Source: Polynucleobacter sp. (lineage in GTDB: Bacteria; Pseudomonadota; Gammaproteobacteria; Burkholderiales; Burkholderiaceae). From it: a stretch of DNA of 64,000 nucleotides. The position numbers and the translations under genes were made by a program. The stretch covers positions 1,986 through 65,985 of the forward strand of contig JBIJAC010000001.1 of the NCBI GenBank assembly GCA_044345935.1, in the 5' to 3' direction. Under the pieces are notes generated by a model. That model was not told where the DNA came from, did not search any database, and saw nothing but the letters and a program-made list of their open reading frames with translations. Below, piece by piece: positions 55,733-64,000 of this stretch (positions are counted from its first letter, which is position 1; the number at the start of each line of letters is the position of its first letter).

Positions 55733-56749
55733 ATGAATAAATTTAAAAATAAAACTTTATTAATCACGGGCGGTACTGGCTCTTTTGGGAACGCTGTACT
55801 TAATCGACTTATAAATTCTAGCTTTCAAGAGATTAGAATTTTTAGTCGAGACGAAAAAAAACAAGAAGATATGCGATTGCATTTAAACAATGATAAGGTT
55901 AAATTTTATATTGGAGATGTTAGAAATTACGATAGCATAAATGAGGCCATGAAGGGCGTAGATTATGTTTTTCATGCAGCAGCTTTGAAGCAGGTCCCAT
56001 CCTGCGAGTTTTATCCAATGGAGGCGATAAGGACAAATGTGCTTGGCGCTGAAAATGTAATGAGAGCTGCTATTGAAAATAATATTAAGAAATGTGTAGT
56101 CCTGAGTACTGATAAGGCTGTATACCCAATTAATGCAATGGGCATATCTAAGGCTATGATGGAAAAGGTAATGGTTGCCAAATCACGAATGTGTGATCCT
56201 GTGAAGACCGTTTTATGTGCCACGCGCTATGGGAATGTTATGGCTTCCCGTGGTTCAGTAATACCATTGTTTTTAAGACAGCTAATTGAAGAGAAAGAAT
56301 TAACCATAACGGATCCCAAGATGACTCGTTTCTTAATGTCATTGGATGAGTCAGTTGATCTTGTTTTATACGCTTTTGAAAATGCAAATCCTGGAGATAT
56401 TTTTGTTCAAAAGGCGCCAGCAACTACAGTATTAGATTTGGCAGAGGCTATGAAAAAAATGCTTAACAAGAGCTCTGAAATAAAGATTATAGGGACTAGA
56501 CACGGTGAAAAGTTATTTGAATCATTAGTTTCTCGAGAGGAAATGGCTAGAGCTCAAGATTTAGGGGAGTATTTCAGAATACCTTCCGATTCCAGGGATC
56601 TGAATTACGGTAAATATTTTGTGGAGGGCGAAATTGATGTGGCCAAGATGGATGACTATACCTCCCATAATACGACTCGGCTTGATATTGACGGGGTAAT
56701 TAAAACATTAATGAAGCTTGACGAGATTCGGGGCGCATTGCATGTCTAG
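55733..56749 (+). CDS. fnlA: UDP-GlcNAc 4,6-dehydratase/5-epimerase (FnlA/CapE/WbjB family)
   Basis: TGGTGSFG, FSRDEKKQ, AALKQVPSCEF, STDKAVYPINAMG and RYGNVMASRGS. Confidence 0.9.
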   Translation: MNKFKNKTLLITGGTGSFGNAVLNRLINSSFQEIRIFSRDEKKQEDMRLHLNNDKVKFYIGDVRNYDSINEAMKGVDYVFHAAALKQVPSCEFYPMEAIRTNVLGAENVMRAAIENNIKKCVVLSTDKAVYPINAMGISKAMMEKVMVAKSRMCDPVKTVLCATRYGNVMASRGSVIPLFLRQLIEEKELTITDPKMTRFLMSLDESVDLVLYAFENANPGDIFVQKAPATTVLDLAEAMKKMLNKSSEIKIIGTRHGEKLFESLVSREEMARAQDLGEYFRIPSDSRDLNYGKYFVEGEIDVAKMDDYTSHNTTRLDIDGVIKTLMKLDEIRGALHV

Positions 56750-57872
56750 ATTAAAAGTGATGACGATAGCGGGAACTCGGCCAGAAATAATACGCCTTTC
56801 AAGAGTAATTGCACAATTAGATAAGTATTGTGATCATGTTTTTGTACATACAGGTCAGAATTACGATTACGAGTTGAATGAAATTTTTTTCTCCCAACTT
56901 CAAATTAGAAAACCAGATCATTTTTTGGGGGCCGCAGGAGTAACAGCAGCTGAAACAATTGGTAATGTCATTTCTTTATCTGATATTGCCTTTGATAAAT
57001 ATGCACCTGAGGCTTTATTGATACTTGGCGATACCAACAGCTCTTTGGCTGCTATTTCAGCAAAAAGAAGAAAAATACCTATTTTTCATATGGAGGCCGG
57101 AAATCGTTGCTTTGATATGCGAGTTCCAGAAGAAATAAATAGAAAGATTGTTGATCATATTTCGGATGTCAATTTAACATACAGTCAAATTGCTAGAGAG
57201 TATTTGCTTAGAGAGGGGTTGCCAGGAGATCAAATTATTAAAACAGGCAGCCCTATGAGAGAGGTTTTAAATTATTACAAGGAGGGGATAGAGTCATCAA
57301 GTGTTCTTAATGAATTAAATTTAGTCACAGGAAAGTATTTCTTGGTAAGCACTCATCGAGAAGAAAATGTTGATGATCTAAGTTGCCTAAAAAAGTTTAT
57401 TGAACTTTTAAATTTTCTAGCCAATAGATATGAACATCCCGTTATCGTGTCAACTCACCCACGTACACGAAAACAGCTGGAAAAATATGGTTTTGAAGTA
57501 AATCCGTTGATTAGATTTTTAAAACCTTTTGGTTTTTTAGACTATGTTCGACTGCAAATGTCAGCTATGTGTGTTTTATCTGATAGCGGAACAATAACCG
57601 AAGAATCGTCTATCTTAAATTTTCCTGCATTGAATTTGCGAGAAGTTCAAGAGAGGCCTGAAGGTTTTGAGGAGGGCTCAGTAATGCTTGTTGGGATGAA
57701 TATTCAACGAGTTGAGCAGGCGCTAAAAGTTCTTGGAGACCAATCTATTGGTTTGTTACGTGATATTGGTGAAGTTCAAGACTATTTGACGGCCAATGTC
57801 TCATTAAAAGTTATAAGAATAATTCAAAGCTACACCGACTTCATCAATAGAAAAACTTGGAAAAAATACTAA
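56742..57872 (+). CDS. Non-hydrolysing UDP-HexNAc 2-epimerase (FnlC/QnlB/WbjD family)
   Basis: GTRPEIIRL, HTGQNYD, HMEAGNRCFD, PEEINR and SDSGT. Confidence 0.88.
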   Translation: MSRLKVMTIAGTRPEIIRLSRVIAQLDKYCDHVFVHTGQNYDYELNEIFFSQLQIRKPDHFLGAAGVTAAETIGNVISLSDIAFDKYAPEALLILGDTNSSLAAISAKRRKIPIFHMEAGNRCFDMRVPEEINRKIVDHISDVNLTYSQIAREYLLREGLPGDQIIKTGSPMREVLNYYKEGIESSSVLNELNLVTGKYFLVSTHREENVDDLSCLKKFIELLNFLANRYEHPVIVSTHPRTRKQLEKYGFEVNPLIRFLKPFGFLDYVRLQMSAMCVLSDSGTITEESSILNFPALNLREVQERPEGFEEGSVMLVGMNIQRVEQALKVLGDQSIGLLRDIGEVQDYLTANVSLKVIRIIQSYTDFINRKTWKKY

Positions 57873-57919
57873 TATTCTATTTTTTTACATCTAAAATATC
57901 TTACGAAAACTGAAATTTC

Positions 57920-59424
57920 ATGAGGCACAAATCAAAAAAATAATCAGTGTAATTAATAATGCGCCCACATTTATTCACCTTAGCTGGAATTTTTTTGGTG
58001 GATTTTGGTCCGGAGCAATCATTTTGCTGGCAACTCCTTGGTATTTGAATCAACTTGGCATGGCTGGTTATGGTGTTATTAGCCTGTGGATGGTCATGCA
58101 AATTTTGGTGGGGTTGCTTGATGTTGGTATGGGCGCAACCTTAGTACGAGATTTTGCAGCGGGCCAAGATAAAGATATTGTTAAATACAGGCAAAATCTT
58201 CTCAGAACATTAGAAATTTTTTATTGGGCAGTGTCAATATGTTTTGGGATGACGTTTATAGCATGCTCCTCATGGATTGCAGATGGTTGGTTAGGAAAAA
58301 ATTTTTTACCCAATCAAGACCTAGCCATGATTCTAAAGTTGATGGGTATAAGCTTATGTATACAATTCCCGTGCTCGCTTTATTTAAATGGGCTCGGGGG
58401 ATTAAATAAGCATAAGGAAATGAACATTCTTCAAGCCACAGGGAATACATTAAGGTATGGGATCGGGGCTTTAGCGCTGTTATGGACCTCTAACTTGTTA
58501 GTATTCTTTGTGGCCCAAATTGTTGTGGCAATAGTAAGCGTTGCACTGGTTAGAAGATCGTTAAGTAAGCACGTTTTTTCCCCACTAATTTGTGATGGAC
58601 CTAAATTTAGTTTGGATATTTTAAAAAAAGTAAGATCATTTTCTGCTGGTATGGGATTAACTGCATTAGTTGCACTTTTGTTGGCGAATATTGATCGCTT
58701 AACCTTAAGTAAGATGGCTACTGCTTACGATCTGGGCGAATATTCCTTAGCTTTTACCGCTGTTGGGTTGCTTCAGCTTGGTATTCAGCCATTCTATCGA
58801 GTTTTTTTCCCAAAATATTCATATTTGGTTTCCCGGGGTGATCTGCAGGCATTAAAAAAAGAATATTTCTATAGCTGTAAATTACTTGCTGCAGGAATTA
58901 TTCCCTTAGGTGTTGTGGGGTGGATCTACGCACCGGAGTTGTTAAGTGGATGGCTTGGACCTGTCCCAAGCAAAGTAATTGAAATATTTAGATGGTTGCT
59001 TATAGGGGTTTGTTGCTCAGGCTTGACATGGCTTCCTGCTGCTTTTCAGCAATCCCAAGGATTAACTAAGCTTCATATACAAATGATGATGGGCGCTTTA
59101 GTGATCGGTTTTCCAATAATGGTGTGGATGATTTCACTCTATGGTCCCGTTGGGGCAGCTACTGTATGGGTTATTCATGGCATTTCTGATCTAACCATTG
59201 GCCTATGGTTAATGCATAAGCGTTTTTTAATTGGGGAGCTTTCATCTTGGTATAAATCAGTGCTATTAATGCCGATATTAATAAGTATCTCGATTGCATT
59301 TATCTCAATGCTATTAATGCCTATTGATGTTGGTCGATTTTTTGGAGTTCTTTGGTCGATTTGTATATTGCTATCAATCGTCCTATGCACGCTTTTTTTT
59401 ACCCATAAAACCAAATTGCATTAA
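57920..59424 (+). CDS. wzx: Wzx O-unit flippase; 5' end interrupted by a frameshift at an A7 run
   Basis: Multi-TM MOP-family protein (LDVGMG, NIDRL, GEYSLA); the frame is open from 57895 without an ATG, and ATG 57920 joins it only via a -1 shift or +1 A at 57934-57940. Confidence 0.75.
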
Positions 59425-59426
59425 AT

Positions 59427-60728
59427 ATGATGAATAAAGATCAAATGCCTTTATTTTCGGTAATTATTCCTGCGAAAGATAGAGCTTTTTATTTAGAGCA
59501 AACTTTAAGAACTTGCTCCCTTCAGGATTATCAAAATTTAGAAGTTATTGTTTCAGATGATGGAAGTATTGACGATACCAAGAAAATAGTTGAGGAAGCA
59601 TCAAAAAGAGATGGTCGAATACGATATGTTTCACCGGGTAAGGACGTTGGCATGCGAGATAATTTTGAATTTGCCTTATCTCAAGTGAGGCCCGGCTATG
59701 TAATGGCATTAGGTGCGGATGATGGACTATTGCCTTATGGAATAAGCGGCATGAATAAATTGCTACAGTCATCAGGCAAGAAAATTCTGTCTTGGCAAGC
59801 GCCGCTTTTTACCTATCCAGGTATCAACTCGGACAGTGGTCAAATATCACTATACGCCAGAAGAGGACGTATGCAACAGGGCTTTAAGATTATTAAATCA
59901 AAAGAATTTCTGGAAAGGCAAGCTAAACACCTTCATTATCTGTCAGATGTTGAGTCTCCAATGTTTTATGTAAAGGGAGTAGTTTCGACTGAGTTGATAG
60001 ATGTAGTGAAACGTAGATCATCAGAGGGTAGATTTTATACATGCTCAACGCCAGATGGATATTCAGGAATCGTTCTAGCGGGGACAGTTGATGATTACGT
60101 TTTCTCTTATGAGCCATTTTCAATTTATGGACTTTCCCCTAAGTCGCAGGGGCAAAACTATTTGTCTAGTAGTGAAGAGGCAAAGAAAAATTCTGAGTCA
60201 TTTTTTAAAAATGCCGCTGCTATACCAATGCATAAAGATCTTGCATCACAACCGTATTCTCCTTTAATAACCCTCATGACGGTAGACTACCTATTAACTG
60301 CTAGGGATGTATTAGGTTGGACAGATTTGTCTATCAACATTGACTATCGAGCTGTAATTGCTAAGTCTATTTCAGAACTAAAGAATGGTTTATGGTCGCA
60401 GGAGAAGGTATCCAGGGAGCTCAAAATAATTTATGAAATAGCTAAGTTTCATGATCTAGAGCCGCTTTTCAATAAAACATTGGACAAGGCTACTAGAGAT
60501 TTGAGAAGTCCCTTGGCTGGCAATGCTATTAGCTCTAAGATGATCTTTATTGATGCAGCACATTTAGGTGTGAGGAATATTTTTGATGCTGCCTATGCTG
60601 CGTATTTTGCACACAAGATATTTCCTAATATTGGTTTGGGGATAATTAAAAGTTTTATTTTGAACTCCATTTCTTATTGGAGGCAAGGAAAAAAAGCAGG
60701 GGATAGATTTCCAGATAGAACCAAATAG
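59427..60728 (+). CDS. GT2 glycosyltransferase
   Basis: FSVIIPAKDR, VSDDGSID and LGADD. Confidence 0.82.
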   Translation: MMNKDQMPLFSVIIPAKDRAFYLEQTLRTCSLQDYQNLEVIVSDDGSIDDTKKIVEEASKRDGRIRYVSPGKDVGMRDNFEFALSQVRPGYVMALGADDGLLPYGISGMNKLLQSSGKKILSWQAPLFTYPGINSDSGQISLYARRGRMQQGFKIIKSKEFLERQAKHLHYLSDVESPMFYVKGVVSTELIDVVKRRSSEGRFYTCSTPDGYSGIVLAGTVDDYVFSYEPFSIYGLSPKSQGQNYLSSSEEAKKNSESFFKNAAAIPMHKDLASQPYSPLITLMTVDYLLTARDVLGWTDLSINIDYRAVIAKSISELKNGLWSQEKVSRELKIIYEIAKFHDLEPLFNKTLDKATRDLRSPLAGNAISSKMIFIDAAHLGVRNIFDAAYAAYFAHKIFPNIGLGIIKSFILNSISYWRQGKKAGDRFPDRTK

Positions 60729-60768
60729 GGATTATGAGTAGGTTTTAAATTGGAAGAGGAGAGAAGGC

Positions 60769-62187
60769 TTGATGAATAAGCTCGAAAAAATAAAAATATC
60801 TTCAATAGGTTTTGCGGTAACTCTGGCGGTATTGATGGCGAATACTTTTTTTTTACTACTAGCAAATGCTGATTACAGCAATTCAAACTTTTTTATTTTT
60901 CCATGCTTAACGTTTGTAGCTATATATTTTTTATTTTCGCTTTACCTGAAGTCAAGATTTGGATCAAATCTAGTAGGAGAATTGGGATTTATCTATATCG
61001 GTATGGCACTAATTTATACGTTAGTTCCTGCCTTTAATATTGCAATTGGAGTACCGGAGAACGACCCAATTGCATTGCTGAATCCAAGTAATAGTATGGT
61101 GCATGACCATCTGTGGAGACATACCCTTTTTGCTTTTGGATTTATTTGTGCTTATCCGCTTGTGCGAGGGTCTAGGCCGCTCTCAGAAATAGCACCACAG
61201 ATAAACATGCGCATAGAAAATCTCACTTTAAAATTTCTTTTCACTCTTTTATTATGCAGCGTTTCATATTTAGTTTTAATGTCAGCGTCAGTAGAAACCT
61301 ATTACGATGCATACAGCCGCTACGAAGGCTTGTCGTGGGGTCTGGGAAAAATAGCCTCTGTTTGTATTAGATTTAAATCTGCAATATATATAATTGCAAT
61401 GTCACTTATGTTTTTGAATTACAGTCAATATCGAATTATATTGCCTATTTTTGTTTTGATTATTTGTGGATTTGAGTTGTTATTTTCGATGGGCGCCCGA
61501 ATTCAAGTTTTTATAATTTTGATGCAGTATCTCTGTCTTTATACATTGTTAGTTAGGCCGATTCCCTTAAAAAGTATTTTTTTGATATCAGCTATTTTTA
61601 TTCCACTATTCTTTTTAGTGGAAGTTGTAAGACTTGGCGTGGGATTTCAGGGCGTAGATACCGCAATTGATGGAATTTCATTTCAGTTGCCATGGGAATT
61701 AAATGCTGTTTTTTATACCGGATTTCACCTCTATGCCGAGAGATTTGGAGGAATGCCTGGTATAGAGTGGCCAATGTTTTTTAATGACATCATTTCTATT
61801 TTTACTTTCAATGATTTTTTGAAGTGGAATCCAATGCAGTGGTATTACTTGAATTTTTTCCCAAATGCTCCGGTTGCTCCATATACTTTGGGTCCAATTG
61901 CCGATAGTGCAATTTGGGGTGGAGAGCTTGATTTATTTTTTCGCGGTGTACTTAATGGATTATTTTTTGGGGCTATTACTTGTTGGTTTTCTATTTACAA
62001 AAATAAATGGTGGGCTCTCTCAATTTATATATTTTGTTGTGGAGCATCAATTATCACCTTGAAATATTCAATTTTTTATATTCTTACTCCATTGTTCAAG
62101 AATATGCTGCCAGTTATTCTATTGGTCTTATTTTTTAGAAAGTTATTAAAAAAAAGTGTTAAATCGACTGTTGACACGAGAGCATAA
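60769..62187 (+). CDS. Wzy O-antigen polymerase-like membrane protein
   Basis: About 10 or more hydrophobic segments, AT-rich, located between glycosyltransferases in a wzx-containing cassette. Confidence 0.65.
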   Translation: MMNKLEKIKISSIGFAVTLAVLMANTFFLLLANADYSNSNFFIFPCLTFVAIYFLFSLYLKSRFGSNLVGELGFIYIGMALIYTLVPAFNIAIGVPENDPIALLNPSNSMVHDHLWRHTLFAFGFICAYPLVRGSRPLSEIAPQINMRIENLTLKFLFTLLLCSVSYLVLMSASVETYYDAYSRYEGLSWGLGKIASVCIRFKSAIYIIAMSLMFLNYSQYRIILPIFVLIICGFELLFSMGARIQVFIILMQYLCLYTLLVRPIPLKSIFLISAIFIPLFFLVEVVRLGVGFQGVDTAIDGISFQLPWELNAVFYTGFHLYAERFGGMPGIEWPMFFNDIISIFTFNDFLKWNPMQWYYLNFFPNAPVAPYTLGPIADSAIWGGELDLFFRGVLNGLFFGAITCWFSIYKNKWWALSIYIFCCGASIITLKYSIFYILTPLFKNMLPVILLVLFFRKLLKKSVKSTVDTRA

Positions 62188-62195
62188 TTCTCCAT

Positions 62196-63281
62196 ATGAC
62201 TATTTACCTGGACAATATTATTTACTCCTTACAGCAAGCGGGAGGAATTTCAGTATATTGGTCTGAGCTAACCAAAAGAATGGTACGAGATAAGATTTCA
62301 TTTATCGCTGTTGATGAGAGAAATGCTATGGATAATTTATTTCGAGAAAATCTTAAAATTCCTAAAAAATTGTTAATTTCTACATGTTGCCTTCCGCTTA
62401 TATTTGCTCGATATCTTCCTTGTATGAAAGTAATTCAGAGAGATTCTATTTATCATTCCAGTTATTATCGGTCCCCTCTTTTATCCAGGGGGCCCGTAAT
62501 ACAAACTGTTTATGACTTTACTTACGAGAGATTTAGAAGCGGCATTCCCCGTTTAATTCATATGCTGCAAAAGCATACATCCTTAAGAAGGGCGGATGGG
62601 ATTATATGCATTTCGCATAGTACCAAAAGAGATTTACTTAAATTTGTATCAGGAGTGGATGAAAGTAGGATAAGAGTAATTTCATTGGGGTACTCGGAAG
62701 ATTTTTATCCTACTGACTCCATGCCGTCTGGGATGCTTTTGGGGGCAGCTCATGAAATTCCATACTTGGTTTTTGTTGGCGAGAGAGGCGGCTATAAAAA
62801 TTTTACTTTAGCAGTCCAAGCAGTTAAAAAATCTGAATTCTATAAGCTTGTTATTGTGGGAGGTGGAAATCTTAATAAAGATGAAATTTGTTATCTAAAT
62901 TATCACTTGGATGGGAAATATCAGCACTACGAACGTCTTTCAAATATGGAACTAAATCATTTATATAACTCAGCACATGCTCTTTTGTATCCATCTACTT
63001 ACGAAGGGTTTGGACTACCCATAATTGAGGCAATGGCCTCTGGCTGTCCTGTGATCGCTTTGAATGCTTCTTCGATACCTGAAGTAGCGGGAGAGGCGGG
63101 TTTGTTAGTTGATCATTCAGATGCAGATCAATTCGCCGAGAAAATAATCTTGCTTGCTAATCTGAGTTTTCGTAAGAAAGTGATTGAGCTTGGATTTCAG
63201 AATATTAAAAAATTTTCTTGGGAGCGTTGCTATCAAGAAACATTGGAATTTTATCAAGAATTAGTAAGCTGTAGATTTTGA
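62196..63281 (+). CDS. GT4 glycosyltransferase
   Basis: GGISVY, TVYD, YKNF and [21 protein letters not shown] (EX7E). Confidence 0.88.
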   Translation: MTIYLDNIIYSLQQAGGISVYWSELTKRMVRDKISFIAVDERNAMDNLFRENLKIPKKLLISTCCLPLIFARYLPCMKVIQRDSIYHSSYYRSPLLSRGPVIQTVYDFTYERFRSGIPRLIHMLQKHTSLRRADGIICISHSTKRDLLKFVSGVDESRIRVISLGYSEDFYPTDSMPSGMLLGAAHEIPYLVFVGERGGYKNFTLAVQAVKKSEFYKLVIVGGGNLNKDEICYLNYHLDGKYQHYERLSNMELNHLYNSAHALLYPSTYEGFGLPIIEAMASGCPVIALNASSIPEVAGEAGLLVDHSDADQFAEKIILLANLSFRKKVIELGFQNIKKFSWERCYQETLEFYQELVSCRF

Positions 63282-63408
63282 TTAATTTAGTATATTCTTC
63301 ATACTTTAGTATCGCTTGGCAATCCCCCTAAGTAAAATGTTTAGTGGGGATGGAGTTATTCGAACGACTTAGGCACGGTACGCTCATTCCAAAAACTTAA
63401 AAACTTTG

Positions 63409-63450
63409 TTAATTGCCAATTGAGTGATTGGCAATTAATTAGGTTTTTTT
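63409..63450. terminator. Inverted repeat / probable terminator between the convergent GT4 and WecA-like genes
   Basis: ttaattgccaat-tgagtg-attggcaattaa (12-bp arms) followed by a T-run. Confidence 0.55.
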
Positions 63451-63603
63451 ATAACCTCAAAAGGTCACATTTCTTAAAGTGCGGTGAATCAGCAAAGTGC
63501 TTCTCAACTTTAAATTAGCAGTATGATCGGGGCAGACACGTTATAACAAAGCTATCAAACTAATTATTAATTATTCTTATTAGAATAGGTTCATTTTTAG
63601 TAA

Positions 63604-63999
63604 CTACAGGCGCATCCACCCTTGCGCTTTAAAGCGCACAATCTTGGTATAGAGCCAGATGTAAGTAAGCGTAAAGAGTAACGTGAATGAAATTAAGATT
63701 GGCGTCGATTGCCACCAGAGAATTGCTGGTACCACTGCAAAACTACTTAACAGCCATAAATATGGTGCCGTTCTCGCATTGGCATTCAGTAAATCAAATT
63801 TTGTTTTGACTGTGGCGGGGTTTAGAATGCGCCTGTAAATCAGCGTATGAAAATGAATGCCATCGGGTAAGCCAGGACTCTTATCTTGGTGAATTTTTCT
63901 TCTGTAAATAGTAAAGAGGGTTTCTAAAATAGGGTAGGCATTGATCAGCAGTGCAAACCAGGGCGAGATACTGGGGTGACGCGCAATTAATAAAACGCT
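63604..63999 (-). CDS. MraY/WecA-family polyprenyl-phosphate HexNAc-1-P transferase, 3' part only (absent from the ORF track)
   Basis: Hand translation SPWFALLINAYPILETLFTIYRRK...PDGIHFHTLIYRR...NARTAPYLW...VRFKAQGWMRL*; the D..H.H motif is typical of the WecA family. Confidence 0.8.
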   Translation of the reverse strand, partial: SVLLIARHPSISPWFALLINAYPILETLFTIYRRKIHQDKSPGLPDGIHFHTLIYRRILNPATVKTKFDLLNANARTAPYLWLLSSFAVVPAILWWQSTPILISFTLLFTLTYIWLYTKIVRFKAQGWMRL

Positions 64000-64000
64000 T

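Overview
Chromosomal window from a betaproteobacterium of the Burkholderiaceae. Gene content and order suggest Polynucleobacter, which is an inference. Bases 1-35.3 kb are mostly housekeeping genes: an SDR fragment, an RNB-family RNase, TonB-like, aroE, mtgA, pyrF, corA, cinA, pgpA, thiL, maeB, barstar-like, rsmE, tkt, gap, fur/bamE, dapB, leuS-lptE-holA-proA, hemJ, a THUMP methylase, rubredoxin, hemL, apaH, photolyase, ydcF-like, yqgE-ruvX and pyrR-pyrB. A 1.3-kb toxin-antitoxin islet is inserted between ruvX and pyrR. It carries an intact BrnT-like/RHH pair with a clear promoter and palindromic operator, plus an orphaned RelB-like antitoxin whose RelE toxin survives only as a 20-codon C-terminal stump. 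Bases 35.3-64 kb are a mosaic surface-polysaccharide/LPS region: uncharacterised glycan genes, a WaaL-like membrane protein, rfbBDAC, waaC, manC, two gmd-type genes, fcl, wzz-like, and an AT-rich Wzx/Wzy O-antigen cassette with a probable UDP-L-QuiNAc pathway, ending in a partial WecA/MraY-family gene. Reading the raw sequence adds four things the ORF track misses or misreads: a fossil second gmd-like/gmd/fcl cassette in the 52.8-54.1 kb 'intergenic' gap, a wzx gene whose ATG is out of frame across an A7 slippery run, a late nonsense codon in rfbB, and a 56-aa rubredoxin gene. No rRNA, tRNA, CRISPR array or transposase was recognised.
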